DNA of 63,781 nt, counting the filler, from Octopus bimaculoides (lineage: Eukaryota): NCBI RefSeq assembly GCF_001194135.2. It is 7 parts of 6 records of this genome, joined end to end, with 100 filler letters (N's around TTAATTAATTAA, not from the genome) between each part and the next. Parts side by side here need not be neighbours in the genome. Positions count along the whole stretch, not along the records: positions 62,405 to 63,781 come from NC_069009.1; 6 more parts are not named here. One strand, 5' to 3'. A model generated the notes under the pieces. It had not been told where the DNA came from. It saw nothing but the letters and a program-made list of their open reading frames with translations, and searched no databases. This document shows positions 62,545-63,781 of this stretch, in pieces. How positions within the stretch are numbered: the stretch's first letter is position 1; each line of letters begins with the position of its first letter. The position numbers and the translations under genes are program-made.

Positions 62545-63635
62545 ATATATGACGGTAGTTAGGGTGTTGTTGATGGTGATAGTGGATGTGAAGGCGGTAG
62601 TGGTGTGTCTTGCTCAACACCTCCATCCTCACTGTATTGGTGTACAATCACGTGGTAGGCGTAATGTAGGCGGCGAGAGCTTTTTGCGCTCACGCGCGCG
62701 CGCGTGTGAGCGTTCGTGTCTAATGGCGTGGGTGTTCCCGTGGGTGTGCAACTCGCATGTATGCATGTATGTATGTATGCACTTATATCCGTATTACAAT
62801 ACCAGAATATTTTGGAAGTTTACTTCACAACCATGACGATACGGGTTCGATCTCACTGCATAACATCTTGACTATACTTTAACCTTGGGTTGAGTCAATA
62901 ATTTTGAGTGAGATTGCAGACATGGAAACTGTATGGAAGCCCGTCAAATTAGAGTGTACCTGCAATTCGAACAGGTACAACCTGTCATACACTTCTGATT
63001 ATTCTACCGGAGGTTCATGGTAAGAGTGCCTCAGAGATACTCAACCACCTACATAAGATATGTTTCACAGTTGATTCAACACGAAAATTACATTAGAGAT
63101 ATAACTGTGGAGCACTCGGCCATAAAGTAGTTCAGTTAATCGAACAACTGCAATAAAATCGTCGAAACCGACGGAGATCCATGTTTCCCTTCTTAACTGC
63201 GTGCAGACTCGCGTATATGTACGTATGGATGGATGGATTGATGGATGGATGAAAATATATACATATATTAATATATATCAAAGAAAAGAAATGACAAAGG
63301 AATAACGGATTAACGGATAATCTGGTATTCTTTTGTCATCTTTTTTTTTCTTCTTATTACCGTTCTGCAACCTTCACAAGTATACGTATAACTATACACA
63401 CACACATATGTATATACATACATTCATACACATTCATACGTATATCAAGTTCTTCACCGGGTTATTAGTATCGCAATGCCGAAGCGAAATGCTAAAACAC
63501 ACACACAGACACACACACACACACATACCTACCACTTGATTGCACATTTAATACGTTGACGATGGAGGTGTTGAGCAAGACTCACACTTGACATCCACTA
63601 TCACCACCAACACCATAACCACCACCGCCATATAT
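62545..63635. repeat. Pair of ~110-bp inverted repeats about 870 bp apart
   Basis: ggtgatagtggatgt...gtcttgctcaacacctccatc...caatcacgtggtagg (62545-62659) versus its reverse complement at 63528-63635. Confidence 0.75.
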
Positions 63636-63643
63636 GTATGTAT

Positions 63644-63781
63644 GTTATTGTTCAGTTTTATTTCAAGATTTCTTGCCAATAGAGAAAGAGCCAGTTTCTA
63701 ACCTAGATCCCAGGCTCCTTCATTGGAATTTCAACATCAACAACAGGGTATTTTTGTTTGTATGTATGTATGTATGTTATC
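63644..63781 (-). mobile_element. 3' terminus of the same RLE-type LINE family as 42429-42894
   Basis: ttcagttttatttcaagatttcttgccaatagagaaagagcc...ccttcattggaatttcaacatcaaca matches 42435-42530; flanked by (TATG)n. Confidence 0.75.

Overview
Eukaryotic, AT-rich, gap-riddled draft-assembly sequence. It is dominated by microsatellites, tRNA-headed SINEs and decayed transposons. From memory, the repeat repertoire looks like that of an Octopus genome (inference, not a database result). I cannot support any host protein-coding exon, rRNA, true tRNA gene or CRISPR array; nearly all entries in the ORF track are microsatellite or N-gap artefacts. Four recurring SINE families carry my own labels: SINE-1 (tRNA head, CORE-like ACCTTGGGCAAGTG motif, internal (TA)n/(TG)n tract, tail GGCGGTGCTCCAGCATGGCC...GAAACAAGTAAAAGA), SINE-2 (GGCGGCGAGCTGGCAGAA...GAGTTCAAATTCCGCCGAGGTCGAC), SINE-3 (GTGAAGGCGC head) and SINE-4 (GTTAAGGGTACAC...GTTAATTTCACGAGC body). 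Recognisable transposon relics are CR1-like, RTE and I/Jockey-like LINE fragments, an R4/Dong 3' end at a (TAA)n tract, a second RLE-type LINE tied to (CATA)n tracts, Tigger/pogo, Tc1 and Chapaev3-like DNA transposons, tandem Helentron-like (HINE) elements and Penelope-like remnants. The most interesting signals are type I hammerhead ribozyme motifs with palindromic stem III at 37747-37794 and 52740-52845. The second has an unusually long structured stem II and sits in an inverted-repeat element whose antisense arm keeps the catalytic GAAA that the sense copy has lost. A ~1.7 kb foldback centred on head-to-head TTAGGG/CCCTAA-like repeats is also notable. Element boundaries without TIR/TSD evidence are approximate (about +/-20 bp).
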